Assembly (NCBI GenBank): GCA_028534125.1
Contig: CM052839.1
Coordinates: 45,756,001 to 45,820,000 of the forward strand
DNA from: Lama glama
Lineage: Eukaryota
Direction of reading: 5' to 3'
Length of the DNA: 64,000 nt
Under the pieces are notes generated by a model that was not told the DNA's origin, did not search any database, and worked only from the letters and a program-made list of their open reading frames with translations. This document shows, one piece after another, positions 37,001 through 49,000 of the stretch (the first letter of the stretch is position 1; every line of letters begins with the position of its first letter). The position numbers and the translations under genes were made by a program.

Positions 37001-40000
37001 GCCTCTCTGCGGGGGTGAAGAACACAGCAGCCGCAGCCCCCGCCCCACCCGGCCCCTGGCCCGGCCACAGGCACAGGTTTGCTGGCCTTAGAGGGAACAA
37101 GACCCCACCAATCACCCCCGGCACCGTCTTCCAGGCCAAGTGGCGCCCCGTGGCTCTGCCCGGGCAGGGGTGTGGGAGCAGGTCCAGGGTCCAGGGGTCC
37201 CGGGAGCCCTGCTGAGCTCCCTTGGAGACCCGCAGACCTTCAGCAAGACCTACTGGGGGAGGGGCGGCTCTCCTCCCTCACGCCCTGGAACGCCCAGGTC
37301 CCTGATCTTGCGCGTGGATGGGAGAGGCTGCTAATCGGCCGAGAAGGTCTGGAAGCGATCGCGGCCACTCCTCCCCTCGGCGTGTTTACAGGCCTCTCCT
37401 CAGATCCCACACTCGGGAACCTGATCCCCCTGGAGGAGCCGACATCAAAGCCGCGGCTGTTTGATGTCCAAGGCCTCTGAGGGCGGCAGGCAAGCAGGCC
37501 TTCCCGGGCGCTGCCGTGCGTTATCCCTGTTTATGATTTGTGGTCCCCCGTGTCACCATCGGGTGCCCTGGGCAGGGATCTCTGGTGAGGACTCCTGGCC
37601 GGAGACCCTGAGAGCAGAGGGGACCCCGCTTGTCCCGTGATGGGCGGTCAGCCCGCTTTCTGAGCCCAGGTGTTTGTCTCTGTCGCCCTTGGGAGAAAGG
37701 GGACCCCCACGTCTCCCCACCTCCTTCCCCCTCCTGGTCCTGCGACCCTGTTTGCTGGAGCGCACCTCCCTCGCTCCTTCTCTGTATTGGCCTCAGGACA
37801 AAGAGCGCGCAGGCCCAGCTGGGGTCGTCTCCCTGGTGCTTCGGAGTCTCGGGTTTTCTTGAGGCCGGGGGTTGCTGGGGCTTGGTGGGCCAGTTCCCCC
37901 GCCGTTTGGGTCATGACCTGGCCCTGCCGCGTGTGCAGGGCCACACCTACCATGGCTGCCCTGCGTTGCTCGTTGTCCTGGTTGAGGGCCGGAAGCCTTC
38001 CCTGGGGAGCAGCTTCTTGGTAAAGCACAGGCTTGGGGAGAGCGTGGGCCGATCTCCTCCCGGGGCCCCTGCAGCAGGCTCTGGGCTGTGTGTCCTCGCC
38101 CAGGGAAACACACAGAAGCAAAAACTGAAAGTGAATGAGAGAGACAGGTGGCGAAAGGAGCTGAGCCCACACGGAGTGTGCGGTCACCAGTGTTTGGAGC
38201 GTCCGTGTGCAGTCACAGCCAGCCACTCTCCCCCGTCCTGGCGGGGTGTGTCCGTGTGAGCCCTGGGGCCTGGGGCGTCAATCTGGGCGCCAGTTCTGTA
38301 GTTCTGTGTCAGGAGATGTAGGACTCAACTTTACTTGGTTGTCACAGGCCTGCTGCCAGCCATTTAACCATCCTGAGTCAGGGCTCGGCCACGCGGTGCC
38401 CCATAACCTCGAGGGCCAGCGCAGGTCGGTGCGCGGTGGGGATGGCTGTCCCGTGGGTGTGGGTGACATTGTGTGCCCGCTCACCCGCATCCTCAAGCCT
38501 GTCCACCTGTCCTTCCCGGTGCCCTTCCCTCCCATCTTAAGCTCTGGTTTACAGGGGAGGACGTTGGTGGCGGTGTCCACCCCTCCGCTGCCCCATTTGT
38601 CTTGGTGTCACCCCCAAGCCCCCCTCAGAGTCCACATAGTGGGTTCGTGCCAAGTGCTACTGCTGCTTCTCAGGGTCCCTGGGAGGTTTTCACTGCCAAC
38701 CCCAAGCACAGTTGACAGTGACCCGAGGCTTGTGCCCCTGCTCTGTGTCCTTCTTGTGCTCTGGGCCTGGAGGCAGGTGGGAGACACCCCCAGGCCACTT
38801 GCTGACGGCCAGCCATGGGGGCAGTCAGGGCGGGCAGTTTTCCACGGTGACTGGCTGGGTACCGTCCAGAGGGCCCCCGTGCCCCCCGGCAGCAGCCACC
38901 TGTGGCGCTTTCTCTTCTGTCCTTGCAGGGAGTGTCTGGAGCAGCCGTGTGAGGCCAGCCCAGTCTGCGTGTACATGAGGGGTGAGGTAGGTGAGCTGCC
39001 GGCCCGCCCGCCTGGCCCGCGCCCCGCCGCCCACTCCCTGTCTCCACGCAGGCCCAGCCCCACTTTCCAATTGGAAAATTCACTCCCTCAGACCTGCCTT
39101 CAAACCAGCGACAGGGAGACTTGGGCTCTGAAAGCGTGATGTGTTTCATGGAAAAAAGGCACGACGCCGGCTCCACTGGAACCGACCGCGGGCCGCCCGG
39201 GCTGCTCCCAAACCTCCCTCAGAGCCCTGTTTGTTTTCTCAGCTTCTCCCAAAGCCCAGGAGTCACAAAAGTGGTTTCATTTTAATAAATATTTGCTTTG
39301 CTCTGTGTTTTGATCTTTTTCAAAACGAGTGCGGCGTGGTGCAGGCTTGGCCTGGCACTGAGGCCCTGCTGTCCCCGCCTGCCCGCCCATGACGGGGACC
39401 CTCCTGGCACTTGGTCCCCTGGCTCACAGGGGCTTTTTGTTTTCACCCTGGCCAAGCGCCCTCTCCTGGCCGGGGGTGGCCGCCATCCCCGAGGGCCCCG
39501 CGATGTGGACGAGACACGCCCACCTCTTTATCCCAGTTGGAGATTCCTGACCCAGGGCTGAGAAGGGCAGGTATTTTAGGGCTGTGAGTGGGAGGCGTCT
39601 GGGGCACGAGCCCTCCCTCCGCTGGAGGAGACAGACCACTGGGCCTCGGGCATCTGGGCCTGGATTGGGGCCATCGTGGTCAGTCCCAGCGCTCAGAGGG
39701 CTGGTCCGCGGGCCAGATTTGGCTCACCTGGCCCGAGCTCTGCCTGCCAAGCCCTCACATGGGGTGGGGTGGGGGGACCGATGCGGGCCAGCTGACAAAC
39801 ACGTGGGTGTAGATTAGGGTGCAGGGGCTGGACCCACGCCTTCAGGGGACCCTGCGGTACCCATGACACAGTGCCCGGCCGGAGGCAGGTGGCGCGTGGT
39901 GGGCTTGGCAGGCGGAGGGCGCTTAGGGAGGGGTCAGCAGGATGTCCTTCCCTCCCAACAGGTGACTGGCAGGGCTGCCCTGCAGAGCACAACACTGCAG

Positions 40001-43000
40001 TCGCTGGGCCTCACCGGGGGCAGTGCCATCATCAGGTGGGGGCATCTGAGTCTGGTTTGGTAAAGAGAGCTGGGGTCTCTGAGGACAGGGAATAGCAAAC
40101 ATGGGAACGCCCAGCTGCCCTGCCCAGTGGCTTCTCCCGCCAGCAGCCTGGGAGGCTGGGCGCCGTGGGGCGTGGTGTGTCCGGTCAGGGGTCTGCTGGC
40201 TGCAGGGTGGACAGGGCTGCATGGGGGCCCGTATGTGCTCCTGTCCCCAGGAGCGGTGGACGGGATGGGGCCGTGGGGAGTCGAGCATCCACGGGACTGG
40301 ATTTGGTGTGGCCATCACCAGAGGGCACAACGCTGGAGTCCGGGGGCAGGGGCTGAGTGTGGAGTTTCTCTTGCTCTCTGGGCCTCCCCCTGCAGGTTTG
40401 CCATGAAGCGATGTGACTCTGCTGGCAAGCAGGAGCCTGGGCCCTCCTGGAGCAAAAGCCCGGGAAGCCTGATGCCATCCACAGAGGCCGAGCAGGCCGC
40501 CAGCGGCCCTCGGCTTCCTTTGAATACAGCCGGGCTCAGCCAGGGCGATGTGAGCCATCAGGACGAGACAGCCAGCCTGGGGGCCGGCCTCACAGACGCT
40601 CAGACAGAGCAGATCCTGAAGGAGCCCTCACCTGCCCCTTTTGTTCCTTTCTCGGGTGGAGGACAGCGGCTGGGGGGCCCCTCCGGGTCCGCAAGGCCTC
40701 TCATGTCATCTTCAGCCAAATTGCCAAAGTCCTTCTCCAGCCCTGCGGGCCCCTCCAAGCCGAAGAAGTCAAGGCCTGGCCAGGAGCCCCAGCCGGAGCC
40801 GGAGCCGGAGCCGGTAAGGGCGTGCTGGGCGCCGGGGTCCTTTGTCTGTGGCCTGACCTCCGGCCGGTCAGCCTGGGGTACAGCAGGGTTGCTGGGCGCG
40901 TTGTCATCGTCTCTGGGGAGCGCTCTTGGGGTTTTGTTCGGTCTGAGATCAGCTTCGTTGAGTCATCATTTTAGAAATGCAGGTGGGTAGGTTTTGGCAA
41001 ACCTGTGTGTCCCCATAGCCACGTCACAGCCGGAGAACCTGCCTCCTGGCACTGCCACTTTCTGCCTGGGCTGCTGGCTTTGGCTGGCTTTTGACGTGAA
41101 GGAGGTTTGGCTTTGACTGTCCCACACCACGCTTACCCCTGAGCCGGGCATCCCCCCAGCTCCCCCGCTGTCTGCGCCACCAGCCCGTGGGCGTGTGGGG
41201 CGCTCCCTGAACAGGCGGGAGAGGGCGAGTTTGCTCCCCCTTCACAGGCGTTGTGGGTGGGGCCTTGGGCGTCTCCGGCAGGGACTGGGGCGTGGAAGCG
41301 CCTGGCCACCCTGAGCCGCAGCTGGGAGGAGGGCTGCAGCTCTCCCTGAGCTGGGATGAACTGGCCTGGGCCCTGGGCTGCCACTTTGACGTCTTCTCTG
41401 TGTGGTTAGCTCTGTTGAGGTATAACTTACTGTGTAGACACCACCACCAGTTTTGCAGTGTTGGGCAGGTTTTGCCAGCAGCACGTTGTCTTCGATGCTG
41501 AGTCTGTCCTTGAGTGCCTCGGGCTCCAGCCGTCCCTGTCCCACCCCCTCCCCCATAGTGATGCCCACCCCTGTCCACTGCTCTGACCGCAACAGACATG
41601 AGCGATGGAAGGCGTCCTGCAATTTGGGTCACATTGAACAGGCAGTGACGGGTCAGGGAGTGGCCCCTCGAGCAAGGGCCCCCCCCCAGGTGGGCGACAC
41701 TTCTGCAGGTGGCTCTTGGCATCGCACCAGTGTCTTCCACCCCTCCATCTGATGGTGCCGGTCTGGTGGGTCAGGCTGCCCTGGCCCGTTGCAGCCCTGT
41801 TGGAGCATCTAAGCTAGGGGACAGGCCTGAGCCCCTGTGGGGTGTTTTCCAGCTGGATGCTGGTGCAGGACCTTCTTCAGTAGGGCTGTCACAAGTCATA
41901 CGACTGAGCTTCCACTGCCTTCTGGGGTCCCTCCATGTGACTGCTCACTGCACAGTGCTCACAGACCCTGCTGCCAGTAGAGGCATGTGGATTCCCCAGC
42001 ACTGGGCTGCCCACCTCCTGGGCTTGGCCCCTGAGGAGGCTCCGGGGGCTGGAAGGCTGTGGGCTTGTTGCTTCACTGGTTCCAGCAGTGCTTGGCTTCA
42101 CTTGGAGTCTCTGCAAGTCATGTCAGTTTTGTTTTTTGTCTTGATGCTCTTCCTTCTCTCAAGTGTTTTCTTGTCATGTCGCAGTGGCTGGGCCTCTGGT
42201 GTCTGTTGACTGGCAGCCAGTTCAGTGGGCGTCCCTGCTTGACCTTGACCATGACGTTGGAGGCAGTAGTTTACCTGAAGGATGATGTGTGCTGTGGAAA
42301 AGCCTTTATCAAGTCAGGAGTTCCTATTCCCACCGTCCTGAGAATTTTTCTTTATTGTAAGCGGGCTATAAAGCTTTATGAGCTGTTTTTCCCACGTCGA
42401 GATGACCCCATGTCTTCTTCCTCCTTCAGTTTGTTTGTGTGGTGAGGTCCTGGGTCGGTTTCCCCCATAAAGCCGTCCTTGCCTTCCAGGTATCCGTCCC
42501 GTTTCAGTGATGGTGTTAGCAACACTGCTGGTTGTGGTTAACTAACGTTTTAGTTCTGGAGCTCGCCGCCTGCATCCTGTCTCCTCTGGGGCCTCCTCCT
42601 CACTCTTGCCTCCAGGTCACACCCCTGGGGATGGGGGAGGGTTGGGCACCTGTGCCTGCAGGGCCTAGTTGGGGGGGGGCTTGGCCGTGGGACAGAGCCT
42701 GGATCCCTGCCAAGGGGCAGGCGCCGGGACCACTCCTGTTCCCTGAGCCCCCCTTTGTGTGTTCTTGCTGAATGGACAGGGGAGGGGTGGGGGACCCAGG
42801 CAGTCCCCCTGACAGGTGTGCATCCTGGGGAGGTGGCAATGGTAGTGCTCTGGCCCTCTGGGGACCCAGTAGCTTCTACGCTGGTGTATGGACCCCATTA
42901 GAAACAGCATGAAGTCCCCTGTCTCACAGCCTGGACCCTGAGATCAGCCATCAGAAGCGAACACTTGTGGTTGGGGCCTGACTCCCACCGGACCTGCTCT

Positions 43001-46000
43001 CTCTGGAGGCCCCAGGGTTTGGGGGCCAGAAATCTGGTGCCAGGGCTAGCTGTCACTTTCTCCCACCCTGAAGGCTGCAGGTCTCTGTGTCTCTTGGGAA
43101 CCTGCTGGTGTCTGGGGGGCTGGTGCTGGCCCGGGATGTGGTTGCTGTCCAGGGGCAGTGTCCCAGTGCCTCCCCGAGCACTGACCCCAGGGGCTCCAAG
43201 AAGGAGGGGTCCCGGGGACAGTCCGCCTGGCTGCCAGCAGTGCGTGTCTTTGATCTGGGAGCCCCAGCAGCTGGTTGATTGTGGAGCGTCCCCCGCCCGC
43301 CTGCCTCACGCCTCCTGTCACTGACAGCCGCACACCCGGGGGCCCGGCCAGCCACATGGTGTCTGCTTTGTGTCCCCTTAAGTCCTGGGGGAGGGGAGAA
43401 GGGAACAAAACAGAACTTTTGGGGGAACTTCAAAGGTACACTTTAGTAATCAAAAAGAGTTTCCAAGTTCCCCATTAATGTTTTGCCTGTGTGTGGTTTT
43501 GGATTTGAATAGAGAGTCAGAAGAGACAGGATAAAATGCAGGCAGGTCCTCGGCTGAGGCCCGGGATGGTTTACAGACCCGGGCGGCTACCGCCTTTGAT
43601 CTCAGAACGTTAATTATTAGAAGGTAGTTTTACTGGCCGTCAGAGCCGGGTGCGGGGAGAGGCTGGGCTGCCCAGCGGCCCCTGGCCTGTCCTTTGAAGT
43701 CCTCCCGCTGGCCCCGGAGGCCGCCCCGCAGCCCTTTGTGCTGCCGGTGTGATCCCAGCAGGCGTCCCCCCACGCAGCTGGCACAGGGGTCTGTGATCAA
43801 AGGCCCCGACCCCCTGGGCAAGGCGGGCGCTGACAGCGGTCCCCCCCCTTCACCTTCCAGGGGGTGGTCTCGTCTGCTGGAGACGCGGCCCCAGGGTCTC
43901 GCCCGGCACTTTGCACCCTGCCTCAGGCAGGTGTCAGCCTTGCCTCCTGCTCCCTGCTTTACTTACAGGCAGGTTTAGAACACGGGGCTGGGAGGAGCCT
44001 GGCCAGAGCCTGGGGTGCCTGTCTGTGACGTGCCCCTCAAGGGCACCCCCGCTTCCCCCCATGTGTGGCCCCAGGTCACAGTGCGGGCCTGGCCCTGCCC
44101 TGTGGGTGGATGCCCCCTGGGTGCCGGTGGCGGCCCAGGGGCCCAACTGTCCTGAGAAGAACAGTGTTGGCTTCAATTGGAATGCCCGCCGAGGTTTGCT
44201 GGCAGACGGGTCCTTGGCTTTGAAGGTCCCGGCCAAGTCTTGAGGCAGTTTTTAAAGCCCAGTGACAGGCAGGTTCCCCTCCAGCTGTCTCTGTCCTGCC
44301 GGGTCTCAGTCACGATGACTCGGGGAGAGATGGGTGTTGAGCCTGCGAGCCACAGTGGACGGTGGGTGCGTGGGCACCCGGGCCCCCCTGGTTTGCATTA
44401 CCCGGTCCAGATCAGCGCACAGAGCTCCCTGTTGGGATTGCTCCTGGCCCTTTGGTCCACGGTGTGCGTCCACCCCCTGCGGCTCACGGACCTGAGTGCC
44501 CAGTTTCCCTGGGCTCCCTGGGGGCAGCTGCCAGGTGTGCGGGTGAGGAGAGCCTCCCCCATCGTGCCCCGTGTCTGCTCCTTCAGTCCTTTGGGGGTTT
44601 GTGGACCTTGTGCCCGGACACGTGCACCCGGCCACACCAGGCGCCTGGGAGCAGCCCCGCTTCAGACGGTACCCGCGTGCCACCCTGGCCCAGCCTTTCC
44701 AGCTCCGGAAAGCTCTCCCCTCGTTTCTTCTGCTCGAGGAGGGGCGGGCCCGGGGGTGGACGCCAGCCCAGGGCGGGCGGGCCAGGCGCTCGGGTTCAGG
44801 GTGCAGGGCTGTCCGGTCAGTCAGCCTCGTGCTGGCTCGGCGCTCCTTCCAGAGGGCGGCTGGCTCTGGGAGTGACAGAGGTTTGGCCCGCGTCCCTGGA
44901 GTAGTGATTCATTTAAGCTCCAAGCCTCAAGGGAAAAGGCTTCATGTTCCCTGTTACCAAAAACCATTGTCAGAGGAGAGTCTGGGCTGAGAGGGAGGCC
45001 TGTGGGCCGGCGGGAGGAAGACAAGCGCCCTCACGAGGAAGCTGGAAGATCTGGGGTTGAGGTCACCTCCACATATTTTTCACATTTTTTCTCCGTGTGT
45101 CATCATGTCCTGGAAAATTACCGTCAAGAAGATGAAACCGCAGCAGCAGGGAGGCCGCTTCTGACATGAGGGGACCCCGTGTGCCCAAGCGGGTCGCCGC
45201 TGGAGCACGTCCTCTGGCTGTCCCCTCCGGGCCTGGCCCTGCCCATGCCTGGGGCCACACTGACCTCCGTAGGGCAGAGGGCAGGCAGTGCGTCACACCT
45301 CCCTCCCCGGGGTCTCCCTTGAAGGGTCTTCCTGGTGCGGCGGGGCTCCTCTGAGGCATCAGTCACCAGGTCCCCACATCTCAGCGGCCCTGGGCCTCTG
45401 GACACCCCCCGCAGAGGGTGCCCCTGTCCCTCCCAAGCGCCCTCTGGGCCCCTCGTGGGTGTCAGCCCAGCAGTCTGACCCATCCCACTCTGTCTGGTTT
45501 TCTGGGTATCCTCTTCTCCGTAAGACCCTCGCGGGAAGCTGGCACCTGGGAATCTTTGCCAGGGTTGTGTGCTTGCGGGAAAGAGAGCCCCTGCCAGGCT
45601 TTTCGCCAGAGGGGTCCGGTCCCTTGTGGCCCCCCCTCGGAGCCTGCAGACCAGCCCCTCCTCCCTGCAGGATGGCGTCCAGGCCTGTTCCCCCTCGTTG
45701 GACACGGTCACTTAGATGCCACTCCGTGGGCTGAGACCCTGGCTCCGGCTGCATCCTCACTATTCTGCCCCTTCTCTCGCGGATAGCAGCATCTGGGCCA
45801 CTGAGGGAGGGACGACTCCTCTGACTTTGCTGGGGTAAAGGATTGGGCGGGAAGACGCAGCTGGAGCTGTGTCTCTGGAATAGACAGCGCTCAGGAGCCC
45901 AGCCTTGAGCCAGTGAGGAGGGAAGCCCATGCGTTTGCTGGAATGTCCCAGGCCTGGTGATGTCGAGTTCTTGGTGGGGGCGCGTCCTCCACGGGGCTCC

Positions 46001-49000
46001 CTGGACACCTCTGGAAGAGCAGACCTGGAGATGCGGGCTATGAAGGCCAGCCGCTCCGCAATAGTCCCTGGGCACCAGCTGGGACATTCCTCTTGGAGCC
46101 CCGTCCTGGGCCCCGGGACTGGCCGCGGCCAGCGCACAGGAGCCCGCGCCCCGTGGTGAGGGTGGTGGTGGTGAGAGAACAGACGTGAATGACTGTTGCC
46201 GCCACATGGGTGTTTCTTTCTTAGTGACGTGTCATCCTAGACGTCTGTTCTCCGTTGACAAGCATCTCTGTAAACCCACCTAGGATGGGAGCCATGCGTG
46301 ATAACTGCCCGCGACCGGGGGAAGCGGGTGAGGCAATAGCGAATGGGGGCCAGGTGGCTGGCCAGGCGTCGGAAGTGAGCGGGGCCTGGGCTCGGCCTCC
46401 CCCGGCACAGCGTCTGCCCCACTCGCCCCACGCAGAGCTGCAGGCCCACCCCTCTTCTCTCTGCAGGGAAACGTCTCTGTTACGCGGGCCACGTGGAGGC
46501 GTGTAAAGCCCCGTGGCTTCTCCCTTTGACAGCTGGGTGACCGTCCTACCTGCCCAGCCACAGATGGCCATCTGTTCTTGTGGGACAGGGTCTGCCCAGG
46601 GCTGGACATGGTGGCAGCTCTAGGACTTGGGTGGTCTGGGCCCTGGTGGGCAGCAGAGGCTGCTCGGAACCCCGGCTTCTCTGCCCAGAAGCGGGGAGGC
46701 CCCTGGGGTGCAGAGCGGTGCAGGTGAGTGTGTGAGACTGCTTCTCAAGGCAGCCCCTTCAGCTCCGGGCTCCTCTGGAGCAGAGCAGCGGCCTGGAGGA
46801 GGGGTGGGATCGAGGTTGGAGCCAACACAGAGAGAGATTTTTGTCAGTTTATTTTCTGATGGGAAGTCAGTGGTCCCTGAGCAGCTTGAAGCTAATGGCT
46901 GTTGTCACCTGCATCCCTGTGCTGGAAGGGGCCTCGGGGAGCGGGCCGTGGGCTGGGGGTTGTGGGCAGTGCTAGCGGCCTGCAGTCCCCACGGTCACCA
47001 CGGGCTGTGCACTGGCAGCACCGGGATGGCGCGGAGGCCGGAGTGGCCTTCTCCTCTCAGGGACAGGCTTCACTGGCCGTGTCTGGATGGTCAGCCTCAG
47101 CTCCGTGCCCTGGAGCGCATGTCACCTGAGTGCTGGGTTCTCCAGGGGGCTTGTGTGTCCGGGACTGCCAGGGTGGGATGGGGACAGGGCGGCCCCAGAG
47201 CCCGCGCCTTGGCCTGTGGGCTTTGTGCCCCAGGGCCCGGGGCCTGGCACTCGTGGGCATGGCAGTGCCCTGCTCGGCACACCCGCGTCCGCCCTCGTCC
47301 TCCCCGAGGAGCCCAAGCGAGCACTCAGCCCCTCTGGAATGCAGGCGCCGTGGCTGTGGGGGGCAGCCTGGCGCCTGGCATCTTGTTATAAAAAGCTCTG
47401 GTGTGGACTGCCTGCGGGCTGCAGGAGGATTGTGGCTCTGAGGGGGCAGCCCCCAAGGGCCTCTGTCAGCCACCTTCGGGCCCCGCTGCGCGGGCCTCAG
47501 CCACCCCTTCCTGGCCACCCTGCCCCAGTGCCCTGAGATCAGAGGGGTGTCCTGGCGAGCGCCCGCCTCCCTCCATCGTGAGGTGTGGCGCAGCTGGTGG
47601 CCTGGATGGTGTGGCTGGGGGAGTGGCCCCGGGGACACCTGGCAGGTGCACTGGGGGAGTGAGCTCCTGACTGCCGGGCAGCTTTTGCCCTCGACCAGCA
47701 TGGGAGCCCTTTAGAACAGGTGGGGCTGCGGCCAGGCTGAGGAAAGGATGGTCAGAGAAGCCTGCTGAGCCGTCCCTGGGTGTCGAGAGGCGGGAGGCGG
47801 GATTTTCTTGCCGAGGCCGGGACGGGGCAGTGAGCAGAAGGCACCATGGCCTCACCCCAGAAGGCTCATGGACATTTTGTGGAGGGAGGACTGCCAGCCC
47901 TGCTGGACGCCTTGATCAGGCCTGGTCTCCCCGTGGTCGCGCGGGAGACACTCGCTGCAATTAGCCCCCCAGAGGCCCTGCAGGCCTGGCAAGCCTGCCT
48001 TGTAATTTCCATCCCCATTGCTGCCAATTAGGAGGGACGCCGTCCCTTCCTGTGTCCCCAGGGTGGTCAGAGGGTGGGGCCAGCCTGCTCCCCCAGGGAG
48101 GGGGTGGGTCAGCCTCGCCATGGGGCCAGCGGCTAGCAGGGTTCTGCCAAACCTCTAATTTGGGGGCTGTTGCTTCCCCGCCCCTCCCATGGAGCCCCTG
48201 ACGTGGCCTTGACCAGGGTGCTGCTCCCCAAGTTTGTCCCCTGCTTTGGGGGACCCTGATAGCGGGCAGCCCCCGGGGGCTCATGGGGGCCTCCCTCAGA
48301 GACAGGAAGTGAGCAGAGGTGCTGCCAAGGGAGGCTGGCCCTGCTGAGCTGCCGCCCACCCACTGCCCAATACCCCAGCCATGAGGGTGTCACGAGGTAC
48401 CTGCTGGCCCAGTCTAGCCGAGACCCCAGGACCACATGCCTTGCTGGTGGGTGAGGATCTCAGCATTGGTGTGGCTGAGCGGGCAGGCTCGGTGATCCCA
48501 CATCCCACCCTGGAGACCTGGCCCTGGCCCTGGGCCCATAGACGGGGCCAGCCGTGGCCTGGGCTCAGCCTGGGTCTGCATCAGCACCCCAGTCCCGTGG
48601 AGTAAGGGCCTGGGCCCGTCCTGGGCACCTGTGTCAGCCGAGCCCTCCGCCTGCCCAGCCAGTGGACCGAGACCCCGTGGTGTGCCACCCCGACCTGGAA
48701 GTGCTGCTCCAGGCCTGGCCCTCAGAGCTGCCTGACGAGTTCTTCGAGGTGACCGTGGACGACGTCAGGAGACGCTTGGCCCAGCTCAAGAGCGAGCGGT
48801 GGGTGCGCCTTGGCCCCCTCTGGAGGCTCCCTGCTGCCCAAGTCTGGGTCCCCAACACCCATGCCCTGGCAGCTCTGTGGAGGGGCGGAGCCCGGGCAGG
48901 GGCTCCCACCCGGCCTTGCGTGCTGGAACAGCTCTCGAAGTCCAGCTGGTGTGGGGCCTCCGCTGTGCCCGCACAGGCCTGGGCCTTCACCCCGCCCCTC

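Noticed and set aside
40517-40525. TCF-like CCTTTGAAT in ASPSCR1 exon 7 and other isolated CTTTGAW matches
   Set aside because: Single scattered matches are expected by chance; only clustered or context-supported sites were reported.
33000-48600. Many 100-300 aa ORFs in ASPSCR1 introns 4-7 as a possible nested gene
   Set aside because: Apart from those containing real exons 5-7, they show no domain-like composition or consistent exon chain and are expected at this GC content.
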